Positions 8,518-18,847 of a stretch of 64,000 nucleotides of DNA are shown piece by piece (the stretch's first letter is position 1; each line of letters begins with the position of its first letter). Location of the stretch: positions 84,496 to 148,495 of the forward strand of contig CBDANQ010000058.1 of assembly GCA_965197725.1 (NCBI GenBank). The letters run 5' to 3'. Source of the DNA: Longimicrobiales bacterium. Its GTDB lineage: Bacteria; Gemmatimonadota; Gemmatimonadetes; Longimicrobiales; Gaopeijiaceae. Made by a program: the position numbers and the translations under genes. The notes beneath the pieces are model-generated. The model was given only the letters and a program-made list of their open reading frames with translations, was not told the origin of the DNA and searched no databases.

Positions 8518-9380
8518 CGACCACGGGCAGGCGGCTGGCGATAGCCGCTGCCTGCCTAGCCTTACTCTCCGTCTCCCCTGCTCACGCCCAGTGGATCGAG
8601 GAGCCGGGCAGGGGTTGGGTCCAACTCATAGTTTACCATCAAGACACCCGGGAGGAGTTCGGCCCCAGCGGCGACGTGAAGCCGTTCTTCGCGGGCGGCC
8701 ATGCGGTCATGACGTCGTTATTCGTGACTGCGGCTGGTGGGGTCGTTCCGGGAGTGGACGTTTGGGTGCAGTTCCCGCTCCACTCTCTTGTCTTCTCGGA
8801 TCTGGCCGCTCGCCGCGAGAAGTTCGGGCCGGGCGACCCTAAAGTCTTCGTCCGTGTGGGCCCGGAGCTCTTTGGTGGCCAGATCGGTATTCCCATCGCA
8901 GTGCGAGCTGGCGTGAAGCTTCCCGTCGGCGAGTTCCCCATCGATTCCGAGATCATCCCGCTCACGGAGGGCCAGCGCGACTATGAGCTGATGCTGGAGC
9001 TGGGCCACTCGTTCTGGCCGCGGCCGGCCTGGGCCCAGGCTTGGGTGGGCTACCGGTGGCGCGAGTTCAACGAGAGAATCGACCGCAAGCCAGGGAACGA
9101 GCTGTTCGCGTACGCGACCGTCGGCGGACAACTCGGCCGCCTCACTCTGAAGCTATCGGGTGAGGTACTGGTGGGTCGCACGCCACGGCTCGTAGGTGTG
9201 CTCGTGGATAACGCGCGACGGGAGATCTACCAGCTTTTTCCCACCGTCGGTTGGCGGATCGGGCCGGGCGACGTAGAGCTCGGCGGCCGCTTCCCCGTGG
9301 CCGGGCAGAACCTGCCCGCCAGGCCGGCGCTGACCGTCGGATATTTCTTCAACTGGAGTCTGACGCCGGGCTCCGGGTGA
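8514..9380 (+). CDS. Exported hypothetical protein, probable outer-membrane beta-barrel
   Basis: GTGA overlap with the upstream gene; signal peptide ending AHAQ; alternating aromatic beta-strand pattern. Confidence 0.7.
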   Translation: MTTTGRRLAIAAACLALLSVSPAHAQWIEEPGRGWVQLIVYHQDTREEFGPSGDVKPFFAGGHAVMTSLFVTAAGGVVPGVDVWVQFPLHSLVFSDLAARREKFGPGDPKVFVRVGPELFGGQIGIPIAVRAGVKLPVGEFPIDSEIIPLTEGQRDYELMLELGHSFWPRPAWAQAWVGYRWREFNERIDRKPGNELFAYATVGGQLGRLTLKLSGEVLVGRTPRLVGVLVDNARREIYQLFPTVGWRIGPGDVELGGRFPVAGQNLPARPALTVGYFFNWSLTPGSG

Positions 9381-9419
9381 GCGGTTGCGGAGCGGAGTTC
9401 GCAGGCGACGGCTGCCGGG

Positions 9420-9893
9420 TCAGTGGAAACCCTTCAGAAGAGCCGGTTGGGCCGGGGGGGCTCCCCCTGGTGGTTGACCGCCGCCCTGAGAACCTCCGAT
9501 GACTTTCACGACTGTCGCGACAAGCACCGCTCCGACGACTGCCCCTACGCCAGCCACGACAATCGCTGTACGCCCACGGTCCAGCTCGCGCACGTCGACG
9601 CCGACGACCTCGTCCGCTCTTACGGTGATCGGCTGGCGCAGGCCGCGGTCGAGCGTGCCACTCCGGACGATAACCGGTACCGAAATCGTGATCTCCTCGG
9701 CCCACTGCAGCAGTTGCCCGCTGAGCTCCACCCGGCGCAGGCCGGTTAGCTCCTCCACATGTTGGCGGCCCTCTACCGTCAGCCGAACGACAACGTCCGA
9801 GCCCGGGGGGACCGACCCGATTCGGACCGGAACATTTCGGTAGCAACCGGCAAGGAGAACCACCAGGGCCATCATCAGGAAAGCGCGGACCAT
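9420..9893 (-). CDS. Hypothetical lipoprotein with C-terminal hydrophobic helix
   Basis: MVRAFLMMALVVLLAGC lipobox; VDVRELDRGRT followed by a hydrophobic helix; similar layout to 52366-52722. Confidence 0.7.
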   Translation of the reverse strand: MVRAFLMMALVVLLAGCYRNVPVRIGSVPPGSDVVVRLTVEGRQHVEELTGLRRVELSGQLLQWAEEITISVPVIVRSGTLDRGLRQPITVRADEVVGVDVRELDRGRTAIVVAGVGAVVGAVLVATVVKVIGGSQGGGQPPGGAPPAQPALLKGFH

Positions 9894-10153
9894 AACGTAC
9901 CATCCTTTCGAGTCCAGAGGCGCCGTCCCGTAAAAGCCACCCATACCGGGCGAGGACGGATCGCAGAATCGCCGGAACCCCTTGTTGCTCCTCCTCGGCC
10001 CGGGAAGCAAACATAGTCCTGCGGGCGACGGCTATCAACCGAAGTAGGCCGGGCTCAGCGAACCGCCACGTCTTCCTTGTCCGCCCCAATCCCCTGCCTT
10101 ATTTTGCTCGTCGCGGCGCTAGGGCGTTTGGATTCCTTGTTCCTGAGAGCACT

Positions 10154-11098
10154 ATGAAAGCCAGGCTGAGTTTGGCCATGGTGGTCGTGTTGGCCGTGAG
10201 TGCGTTCGTGACCGCTGGCTATGCGCCGGTAGTGGAAAACGAGGAAGAGCAGCAGCAGCAGCGGCTCATCCGAATGGTGGAATTGCTCGAGAGCGGGCAG
10301 GTCGTCTTCGGGTCGAGTGTCGGAGACCGTAGCCCGGCTGGTGCCGTGCAGATGGCGAGAAACTCGGATATTGACTTCCTATTCTACGATATGGAGCATG
10401 CCGGGTTCGACCTGAATCAGCTGCGGATCTTCATGCAGTTCACGCTGGATCCGGCGCAGATCCTGGCCCGTGGGCGGCCCGGCACCGACCATGCCATCCT
10501 GATCCGGATCCCGCCGTTCGGGCGTGAGCTCAAGATGAATCAGTGGGTAATCAAGAATCTGCTCGACCAGGGTATCCACGGGACCATCGCGCCTTTCATC
10601 GAGACCGCCGAGCAGGCCGAGGACCTTATCCGGGCAATGCGTTATCCACAGTCCCCGGACGCCGCCAACCCCGGGCCGGTCGGCCAGCGCGGGTCGGGAG
10701 CCGGCAACGCCATCCGATTCTGGGGCGTCGGAGGGAGCGAGTACAGGGCTCGATCCGATCTGTGGGGGCTCAGCCCGCAGGGCGAGCTGCTCACGATGCT
10801 CCTGATCGAGAACGAGTTGGGTGTTCAGAACATCCGCGAGATCGTTCAGGTCCCGGGCGTCTCGATGGTGATGGCCGGGACTGGCGATCTGGGTTCGTAC
10901 TACAACGGGGATGGCGACAAGGTAGAACGGGCGGTCCAGACCATTCTTGCGGCCTGTAAGGAGTTCGACGTGGCGTGCGCGATACCGACAGGGGTGGACG
11001 ATACCGAACGCCGTATCCGCGAGGGTTTCCGCGTTATCCTGACCAGCGGTGAGGCGCTCCGCATCGGCCGTCAGGTTGCGGGGCGGACGTCGCCCTGA
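10154..11098 (+). CDS. HpcH/HpaI aldolase/citrate lyase family protein with N-terminal signal peptide
   Basis: YDMEHA, LIRIPP, LLDQGIHG, MRYP, LLIEN, AGTGDL; hydrophobic N-terminus. Confidence 0.8.
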   Translation: MKARLSLAMVVVLAVSAFVTAGYAPVVENEEEQQQQRLIRMVELLESGQVVFGSSVGDRSPAGAVQMARNSDIDFLFYDMEHAGFDLNQLRIFMQFTLDPAQILARGRPGTDHAILIRIPPFGRELKMNQWVIKNLLDQGIHGTIAPFIETAEQAEDLIRAMRYPQSPDAANPGPVGQRGSGAGNAIRFWGVGGSEYRARSDLWGLSPQGELLTMLLIENELGVQNIREIVQVPGVSMVMAGTGDLGSYYNGDGDKVERAVQTILAACKEFDVACAIPTGVDDTERRIREGFRVILTSGEALRIGRQVAGRTSP

Positions 11099-11200
11099 GA
11101 ATCCTGGCTCTTCGATTGTTTCCGTCCCTGGGATCCTCAACCTAGCAGGTGGTAGCGGCTCTCGTGTAGGGCGCGGTGCCCCAGGATCAGGTCTCTGCGA

Positions 11201-12238
11201 CTAGCGCCGGAACCGCACCCACTTAGTCATGCGTCGCTGGGAGACCTCGGCGCCGTACACGTTGCCGTCGCTGTCCACGGCGACGCCCTCGGGTCCGCTG
11301 TAGCCCGCTACGTTCACTATATCGTCCGGGAGGAAGTGGCTCACCCAGCCCGTGCGGGCATCGCCGATCCTGATGCCCTTCTCCCAACCCGCGTTCCGCT
11401 GCCCCGTGGCCTCGTTCGGGTCCGGGCTGGACTCCGAGTCGGCGACGTAGATGACGTCGTTGTCGTCGATGTAGATGCCGCTGGGCCGGCCGAACTGCGT
11501 CCAGATCGCAAGGAATTCTCCCTCCTGGTCGAAGATCTGGATGCGGTTGTTCCAACGGTCGCCCACGAAGATTCGGCCCTGGGAGTCCATCGCGAGGGCG
11601 TGCGGGTCGCGGAACTGCTTCGGGCCGTACCCGAGCTCGCCCCATGTTTCCATATAGGTTCCGTCGGCACGATACCTGCCGACCCGACCCACGGTCCGGT
11701 CGTGGGACTCCACCACGTAGATCTGCCCGTTGGGGGCGACGAGGACGTCGGAGGGCCGGGTGAGGTGGTCGGGCGGGTCGCCCCGCACTCCCGGGGTACC
11801 GATCGTCATCAGGAGCTCGCCCTGGGGCGAGAACTTGAGGACCGCGTGGCCGGTGTTCGTGGCTCCATTGGCCCACGCGTCGGCGATCCAGACGTTGCCC
11901 TCGTGGTCTACGTCGATGCCGTGAGGCCACGCGACTAATCCGGCACCGAAGCTTCTGAGGACGTTGCCCTCCTTGTCGAAGAGGAGGATCGGGTCCACAT
12001 CCGACCCCACGCAGGTGTTGGCGCCACACCGCTCGGCCACCCAGATGTTGCCGTCGGCCGCGATCTCCACGACGCTCGTGGAGCCCCACTGCCGGCCCTC
12101 GGGTAGCTCTCCCCATCCGTAGATAGGCCGGAACGGATTCGACGTCACCGATTGGGCGAGGAGGTCCACGCCTGTCGCTGTGAGCGCGGTTACGACGACG
12201 ATCCCGAGAGTGAAGCCACCCCGATTCAAGCGCCTCAT
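11201..12238 (-). CDS. Exported NHL-repeat beta-propeller (PAL-like family)
   Basis: Signal peptide; WPHGIDVDHEGNVW, RPSDVLVAPNG, DPHALAMDSQGRIFVGDRWNNRIQIF, QFGRPSG. Confidence 0.85.
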   Translation of the reverse strand: MRRLNRGGFTLGIVVVTALTATGVDLLAQSVTSNPFRPIYGWGELPEGRQWGSTSVVEIAADGNIWVAERCGANTCVGSDVDPILLFDKEGNVLRSFGAGLVAWPHGIDVDHEGNVWIADAWANGATNTGHAVLKFSPQGELLMTIGTPGVRGDPPDHLTRPSDVLVAPNGQIYVVESHDRTVGRVGRYRADGTYMETWGELGYGPKQFRDPHALAMDSQGRIFVGDRWNNRIQIFDQEGEFLAIWTQFGRPSGIYIDDNDVIYVADSESSPDPNEATGQRNAGWEKGIRIGDARTGWVSHFLPDDIVNVAGYSGPEGVAVDSDGNVYGAEVSQRRMTKWVRFRR

Positions 12239-12510
12239 CAGCCATTCCTCCACGAAAGTATCCAACAGTTCGGATCGTCACCGGTGTAGGGCGCGCGATC
12301 CAGTGGTCGGAAGCGCTCGCCAGGGCCCGGTGAATGAAAGGCACGTCGGGTGCCCCTCCACGATGCAGGAGAGGGTACGGCCGGAGTCCCGGCCGAGCAA
12401 GGAGTTGACGATCACATGGCACCCCCCTGATATGCTCGATTGCGGTCGGGGATCTAAAGTGCAGCCGCGTGGCACGTGCGCGAGCCTCAGGGAGACGATC
12501 GACCCTTGCC

Positions 12511-15500
12511 TCAAACCTCTTCGGAATCCGGCACAGCGCCCAGACGTAGGAGGAGGTCTGCGTTTTCCACCATGTCGCCCTGACGCACCAGGAGCTCCTC
12601 GACCACCGCGTGCCGGGGGGCCCGCAGGGCCGTCTCCATCTTCATGGCCTCGGTGACGAGGAGGTCGGCGCCCTTGCTTACGGTGTCACCGGGCTGAACC
12701 AGGACCTTGATGACTTTTCCGGGCATGGACGCTCCCACTTCCCGCCAGTTACCCGATTCGGCCTTGGCGCGTCGGTCGGGGGCCGCGACGTCCTGGTCCT
12801 GAACGCGCACCTCCCGGGCGTGCCCGTTCAGTTCGAACAGGACCGGGCGAGTGCCATCGGCGTGCACTTCGCCCACGGAAACGAGTCGGATGATGAGGGT
12901 CTTTCCCCGCTCGATGTCCGCGGCGACGCGCTCGCCGGGTTTCGGCCCGTAGAAGAAGGTCGGCGTGTCCAGCACCGAAGTGTCGCCATATGCCGCCCGG
13001 TGCGCCGCGAAGTCCGCGTATACCTGAGGGAAGAGGACACGGGAAAGCACGTCCCTGTCCGAGGCCTCCCGCGTCACGGGCTCATCCTTCGTCAGGTCCC
13101 GCACTTCGGTGCGTACCGCCTCGAAATCTACCGGATCGAGGTACGCGCCCGGCCGGTCCTCCAGCGGCTCTTCTCCACGCAGCACGGCGGCTTGTAGCTC
13201 ACGGGGGAATCCGTATGGTGGCCGTCCGAGTCGACCCTTGAGAAGCCCCACCACGGACTTGGGAAAGCTCAGATGGGCGGCCCGACGGAGAAGCTCGGCC
13301 CCGTCCAAGTCGTTCTGGACCATGAAGAGCGCCAGATCCCCCACCGCTTTCGAGGACGGAGTAACCTTGATGAGCTCGCCCAGGAGTGAGTCCGCTTCCC
13401 GGTACCGGTCCACGACCTCACGCCACCGCCCCAACAGACCCAGCGCTTCCGCCTGGTGCTTCAGGTTCATCAGCTGTCCCCCGGGCACCTGTGACTTGAA
13501 GACGTACGCGTCGGGGGCCACCGATCCGCGCTCCAGGAATCGGTAGTATCTCCGCACGGCGGTCCAGTATTCGTTCAGGGGCTGAAGAGCGTCCATGTCC
13601 AACTCCGGCTCCCTGTCGGTTCCCTGGAGCGCCGCCGCGATGGCCCTGAGGCTCGGCTGGGACGTGCCGCCCGCCAGGGCGTCGATACAGCCGTCGACCA
13701 CGTCGGCTCCCGCCAGCGCACCCTGCACAGCCGTAGCCACGCCGACGCCCGTGCTGTCGTGGGTGTGTAGGTGCACCGGGAGCTGCGTGGCTTCCTTCAA
13801 CGCTGTTACGAGGAGCTGGCCGGCCGCGGGCTTGAGGAGGCCGGCCATGTCCTTGATGGCGAGAACGTGAGCGCCGGCCGCTTCGATTTCCTTGGCCAGG
13901 TTCACGTAGTAGGCCAGATCGTAGCGGCTCCGGCTCTCGTCCAGCACGTCTCCCGTGTAACAGAGCGCGACCTCGGCGATCTTGCCCTTCTCGCGAACGG
14001 CGTCGATCGCCACCTGCATGTTCGGTACCCAGTTCATTGAGTCGAAGATGCGGAAGACGTCGATTCCCGTGTCGGCTGCTTCCCTCACGAACACCTTCAC
14101 GGCGCTGTCGGGATACGCCGAGTACCCCACGAGGCTCTGACCCCGCAGAAGCATCTGAAGGAGGACGTGCGGAATGCGCTCCCGGAGTTGGGCCAGCCTC
14201 TCCCATGGATCCTCGCTCAGGAAGCGGTACGCGGTGTCGAAGGTCGCGCCTCCCCAGACCTCCATGGAGAAGAGGTTCGGCGCGAGTCGGCCGGTATCTC
14301 TCGCGATCCTCAGGAGGTCGTAGCTCCTCATCCGCGTCGCCAGCAGGGATTGGTGTGCGTCGCGGAACGTCGTATCGGTGAAGAGCACCCGTTTGTGATC
14401 CCGAAGATGGGTCACCAGCGCTTCAGGGCCGTCGGAGTCCAGGATCTGCTTGAACGTGGCGGCAGGGGGCTTCCAACCCGGCTCGCTTGTCGGCATCGGG
14501 GGCGTCCGAAAATCGGGCCGTGTCCGGCCCCTGGGACCCTCGACCTGACCGTTCACCGCGATATGGCCTACGTAACGAAGCAGCCGGGTTCCTCTGTCTT
14601 TTCTGGGCCGAAAATCCAAAAGTTCCGGATGCGCCGCGATAAAGCCCGTGTGCGTTCTCCCAGCTTCGAACTCGGGGTGCGTCACCACGTTTTCCAGGAA
14701 TCGGATGTTCGTCTTGAGACCCCGGATCCGAAACTCCATGAGCGCGCGGTCCATCTTGCGGATAGCATCCTCGAATCGCGTGGCGTGCGTGCACACCTTC
14801 ACCAAGAGGGAGTCGTAGTGCGGGCTCACATGCGCGCCCGTGAAGGCCGTGGCGGCATCAAGGCGTACGCCGAATCCGCCCGGTGAGCGGTAGTGGGTGA
14901 TTCTGCCGGTGTCGGGCAGGAAGTCATGTTCGGGGTCCTCGGTGGTCACTCGGCACTCGATCGCGTAGCCGCGGGGCTCGGGGATCACGTCGGGAATCCC
15001 TATTGCCGCAAGCGTGTGCCCCTCGGCCACCCGGATCTGGGACTGGACCAGATCGATGCCCATCACGAGCTCGGTGACCGTGTGCTCCACCTGGATCCGG
15101 GCGTTCACTTCGATGAAGTAGAAGTCGCCCTTCGGTTCCAACAAGAACTCGACCGTTCCGGCGCCCTGATAGCCGGCGTGGATCATCAGGTCTCGCGCCA
15201 AGCCGCACATCCTCTGGCGGGTCTCGGCATCCAGCCCTCGGGCCGGGGCAGTCTCCACCACCTTTTGGTGGCGACGCTGGATCGAACAGTCCCTCTCCCA
15301 GAGATGCTCCACGCGACCGTGCCCGTCAGCCAGGATCTGAACCTCGATGTGGCGGGGGTCTCGGACCAGCTTCTCGACGTAGATGTCCCCACTCCCGAAC
15401 GCGGTCGTGGCCTCGCGGCGCGCCACTGCCAGGACCCGCTGGAGCTCTTCGGCGTCTTGAGCGACGCGCATCCCTCGGCCGCCCCCTCCCGAAACGGCCT

Positions 15501-15996
15501 TCAGCATGACGGGGTATCCCGACTCATTGGCGAATGCCAGGGCGTCCTCGTCCGCCACCGCCTCCGCGGTGCCCGGCACTACCGGAACGCCCGCGTTTTG
15601 TGCCAGTTCCCGAGCGCGAATCTTGTCGCCGAACAGGTCGAGCTGATCCGGGGACGGACCGATGAACACGATGCCCTGTTCGGCGCACCGGCGAGCGAAG
15701 TGAGCGTTCTCGGCCAGGAAGCCGTAGCCCGGATGGATGGCGTCGACTTCCTTCGCCACCGCAAGCGAGACGATCGCGTCCACGTCGAGGTAGGCCTCGA
15801 CCGGCCCGATTTCGGACGGGAGTAGGTACGCCTCGTCGGCTTTGTATCGGTGGAGGGCCAGGGAATCCTCTTCGCTGTACACAGCCACGGTCCGCTTTCC
15901 GAGCTCGGTACATGCCCGGAAGACCCGAATCGCGATCTCGCCCCGGTTGGCCACCATCACTCGTGCGAAATCCCGTACGGACGTAGCGGCGGACAA
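12511..15996 (-). CDS. pyc: Pyruvate carboxylase
   Basis: Biotin carboxylase domain (VANRGEIAIR, HPGYGFLAEN, RDCSIQRRHQK), carboxyltransferase (DTTFRDAHQSLLATR, IKDMAGLL, HLHTHD) and biotin site EAMKM; TTG start after a GGGAGAG RBS is inferred. Confidence 0.97.
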   Translation of the reverse strand: MSAATSVRDFARVMVANRGEIAIRVFRACTELGKRTVAVYSEEDSLALHRYKADEAYLLPSEIGPVEAYLDVDAIVSLAVAKEVDAIHPGYGFLAENAHFARRCAEQGIVFIGPSPDQLDLFGDKIRARELAQNAGVPVVPGTAEAVADEDALAFANESGYPVMLKAVSGGGGRGMRVAQDAEELQRVLAVARREATTAFGSGDIYVEKLVRDPRHIEVQILADGHGRVEHLWERDCSIQRRHQKVVETAPARGLDAETRQRMCGLARDLMIHAGYQGAGTVEFLLEPKGDFYFIEVNARIQVEHTVTELVMGIDLVQSQIRVAEGHTLAAIGIPDVIPEPRGYAIECRVTTEDPEHDFLPDTGRITHYRSPGGFGVRLDAATAFTGAHVSPHYDSLLVKVCTHATRFEDAIRKMDRALMEFRIRGLKTNIRFLENVVTHPEFEAGRTHTGFIAAHPELLDFRPRKDRGTRLLRYVGHIAVNGQVEGPRGRTRPDFRTPPMPTSEPGWKPPAATFKQILDSDGPEALVTHLRDHKRVLFTDTTFRDAHQSLLATRMRSYDLLRIARDTGRLAPNLFSMEVWGGATFDTAYRFLSEDPWERLAQLRERIPHVLLQMLLRGQSLVGYSAYPDSAVKVFVREAADTGIDVFRIFDSMNWVPNMQVAIDAVREKGKIAEVALCYTGDVLDESRSRYDLAYYVNLAKEIEAAGAHVLAIKDMAGLLKPAAGQLLVTALKEATQLPVHLHTHDSTGVGVATAVQGALAGADVVDGCIDALAGGTSQPSLRAIAAALQGTDREPELDMDALQPLNEYWTAVRRYYRFLERGSVAPDAYVFKSQVPGGQLMNLKHQAEALGLLGRWREVVDRYREADSLLGELIKVTPSSKAVGDLALFMVQNDLDGAELLRRAAHLSFPKSVVGLLKGRLGRPPYGFPRELQAAVLRGEEPLEDRPGAYLDPVDFEAVRTEVRDLTKDEPVTREASDRDVLSRVLFPQVYADFAAHRAAYGDTSVLDTPTFFYGPKPGERVAADIERGKTLIIRLVSVGEVHADGTRPVLFELNGHAREVRVQDQDVAAPDRRAKAESGNWREVGASMPGKVIKVLVQPGDTVSKGADLLVTEAMKMETALRAPRHAVVEELLVRQGDMVENADLLLRLGAVPDSEEV

Positions 15997-16281
15997 GGCA
16001 CTCTCCCTCGCTGTGCAGTGGGGGTGGGTCCGAAGGTCACGTAATGCTAATCGTGCCCGCGCCGAGAAGCACGGCGGCGATTCTGGCGGCCACGTTCGCC
16101 GAGAAACTCCCACATGACATGACGATCGCGATGCCCCCAAACCGCGGATCGCGCTGTAGATCGGACGCCCGGCAGTCGCTGCCTAGCTCATTACGATGGC
16201 GTGATCGGACCGAGTGGCAAGCGTCTGCGGATCGTGAAGTCGGGGAGCCTCGCGCTCAACGCGGCTATTGGGGTCGACCGC

Positions 16282-17379
16282 TCACCGCGGGGTGAACTTC
16301 TGCAGGCGCCTCCCGTCCGCCGCCTCCGCCGTATAGACGTTGCCGCGCGAGTCAACACCCAGGCTGTGTACACGGGTAAATTGGCCGACCTGACGCCCGG
16401 CACGACCAAACTCTCCCACGATCTCCAAGTTGTCTCGCTGGAGGATCCGGATCTTCATGTTGGTGCCGTCCGCGACGTACAGAAACGTCTGCTCCGGGTC
16501 GGGCGAAAACTCGATGTCAAAGGCTACACCCGAGCCTAAGGTCCGGGGTGCAATGATTTTCTCCGTCACGAACTCACCGCTCAGAGTGAAGACCTGGATA
16601 CGGTTGTTCCCTCGGTCGGCCACGTAGATCAGATCGTCATGGGACACGTTCAACCCGTGGACGTTCGAGAACTGCCGGGCCACTGGCGCGTCGGGATCAT
16701 ACCGCCGCACAGCCGAGTCGTCCGGACGCTCCCCATATGCTCCCCAGTGCCTCTTGTACTCGCCCGTTTCCGCATCGAACACGATCACCCGGTGGTTGAC
16801 GTAGCCGTCGGAGACGTAGAGCTCATTCGTTCGGGGGTGCACGTAGAGCCCGGCCGCTCCCCCGAGAGTGCTCGTATCGTTGCTGCCGCCGTTGCGATCC
16901 GGTTCGCCGATCGTAAGCACGTGACTCCCGTCAGGCGCAAACTTGTTGATATGGTGGCGGTTGTAATGGCTGGTCCAAACGAAGTCGTTGTGGTCCACGA
17001 AGACGTTGTGCACGGCGTCTGGCCACACATACCCCTCCCCGGGTCCCTCCCACGTCTTTACGACGTTGCCGTCGGTATCGAACACCATGAGCCTCGGCGC
17101 CGGGACACAGCACTCGGCGACGGGGGGGTTCTGAACGGCGCCGAGCTCGATGGGACCAAGCGTCCCGTAGTTCTGCACAACCCAGATCTGGTCGTTGGAG
17201 TCCACGTGCACCCCCAGCGTCAGTCCGGCGATCCAATTGTTTAGCAGCGGCTTCGGCCAGGTCGCGTCCACCTCGAACACTGGCACCTGGGCCAGCACTG
17301 GCGCCGGCACGCATGATGCGATGGCGGCCGAGATCAGCAGCGCTGTCGCACCGACGTAAAGCTTCTGCGAGGCCTTCAT
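16282..17379 (-). CDS. Exported NHL-repeat PAL-like protein, paralog A
   Basis: Signal peptide ending VLAQ; VHNVFVD, VSDGYVNHRV, NVHGLNV, VADRGNNRIQVF, RVHSLGVDSRGN. Confidence 0.85.
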   Translation of the reverse strand: MKASQKLYVGATALLISAAIASCVPAPVLAQVPVFEVDATWPKPLLNNWIAGLTLGVHVDSNDQIWVVQNYGTLGPIELGAVQNPPVAECCVPAPRLMVFDTDGNVVKTWEGPGEGYVWPDAVHNVFVDHNDFVWTSHYNRHHINKFAPDGSHVLTIGEPDRNGGSNDTSTLGGAAGLYVHPRTNELYVSDGYVNHRVIVFDAETGEYKRHWGAYGERPDDSAVRRYDPDAPVARQFSNVHGLNVSHDDLIYVADRGNNRIQVFTLSGEFVTEKIIAPRTLGSGVAFDIEFSPDPEQTFLYVADGTNMKIRILQRDNLEIVGEFGRAGRQVGQFTRVHSLGVDSRGNVYTAEAADGRRLQKFTPR

Positions 17380-17491
17380 CGTTAATTTCGCTCCTTCATC
17401 GTCATGGCGTGATCGGACCGAGTGGCAAGCGTCCGCTGCTGGCAGGATCGGACTCTCACCTGCGCTGAGCGCGGCTATTGCGGTCGACCGC

Positions 17492-18613
17492 TCACCGCGG
17501 GGTGAACTTCTGCAGGCGTCTCCCGTCCGCCGCCTCTGCCGTATAGATGTTGCCGCGCGAGTCAACACCCAAGCTGTGCACACGGGTAAATTGGCCGGCC
17601 TGACGCCCGGCACGACCCAACTCTCCCACGATCTCCAAGTTGTCGCGCTGGAGGATCCGGATCTTCATGTTGGTGCCGTCCGCGACGTACAGAAACGTCT
17701 GCTCCGGGTCGGGCGAAAACTCGATGTCAAAGGGTACACCCGAGCCCAAGGTCCGGGGTGCAATGATTTTCTCCGTCACGAACTCACCGCTCAGAGTGAA
17801 GACCTGGATACGGTTGTTCCCTCGGTCGGCCACGTAGACCAGATCGTCATGGGACACGTTCAACCCGTGGACGTTCGAGAACTGCCGGGCCACTGGCGCA
17901 TCGGGATCATACCGCCGCACAGCCGAGTCGTCCGGACGCTCCCCATATGCTCCCCAGTGCCTCTTGTACTCGCCCGTTTCCGCATCGAACACGATAACCC
18001 GGTGGTTGACGTAGCCGTCGGAGACGTAGAGCTCATTCGTTCGGGGGTGCACGTTGAGCCCGGCCGGTCCCCCCAGAAGGCTCGTATCGTTGCTGCCGCC
18101 GTTGCGATCTGGATCGCCGATCGTAAGCACGTGACGCCCGTCAGGCGCAAACTTGTTGATATGGTGGCTGCTGTGCGTGCTGACCCAAACGAAGTCGTTG
18201 TGGTCCACGAAGACGTTATGCACGCCGTCCGCGGACCCGGGCTCAGTCGGAAGCGGCCACACATATCCCTCCCCGGGTCCCTCCCACGTCTTCACGACGT
18301 TGCCGTCGGTATCGAACACCATGACCTCCGGCGCCGGGACACAGCACTCGGCGATTGGGGGGTCCTGAATGGCGCCGAGCTCGATGGGACCAAGCGTCCC
18401 GAAGTTCTGCACAACCCAGATCTGGTCGTTGGAGTCCACGTGCACCCCCAACGTCAGTCCCGCGATCCAGTTGTTTGGCAGTGGCTTCGGCCAGGTCGCG
18501 TCCACCTCGAACACCGGAACCTGCGCCAGCGCTGGCGCCGGCACACATGATGCGATGGCGGCCGAGATCAGCAGCGCTGTCGCACCGACGTAAAGCATCC
18601 GCGAGGCCTTCAT
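17492..18613 (-). CDS. Exported NHL-repeat PAL-like protein, paralog B
   Basis: Near-identical to 16282-17379 with an 8-aa insertion (LPTEPGSA). Confidence 0.85.
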   Translation of the reverse strand: MKASRMLYVGATALLISAAIASCVPAPALAQVPVFEVDATWPKPLPNNWIAGLTLGVHVDSNDQIWVVQNFGTLGPIELGAIQDPPIAECCVPAPEVMVFDTDGNVVKTWEGPGEGYVWPLPTEPGSADGVHNVFVDHNDFVWVSTHSSHHINKFAPDGRHVLTIGDPDRNGGSNDTSLLGGPAGLNVHPRTNELYVSDGYVNHRVIVFDAETGEYKRHWGAYGERPDDSAVRRYDPDAPVARQFSNVHGLNVSHDDLVYVADRGNNRIQVFTLSGEFVTEKIIAPRTLGSGVPFDIEFSPDPEQTFLYVADGTNMKIRILQRDNLEIVGELGRAGRQAGQFTRVHSLGVDSRGNIYTAEAADGRRLQKFTPR

Positions 18614-18847
18614 CGTTAAGTTTCGCTCCTTCATGGTGGGAGTCAGTACAATGTGCTCAGCAAGTCCTCGGAACTCCCGGAGCTCACGGGCAGCGCACGG
18701 CAGGCGGGCAATATGCGCTTGACTCCGACATTGTGTCAACGTACGTGCGCAGCTTCGGCGGCGAAGGGGACCTAGTACGGGATTGTCAACTTCCGCAGGC
18801 TGGGTGATCTTGCGTACCCCAGTCATCCCGCCGGACGAGGACGCTCA

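Larger units (their letters stand above)
16196..18634. repeat. Tandem duplication of about 1.2 kb (NHL gene plus flanks)
   Basis: Units 16196-17399 and 17404-18634 both begin ATGGCGTGATCGGACCGAGTGGCAAGCGTC and end TTTCGCTCCTTCAT. Confidence 0.95.
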
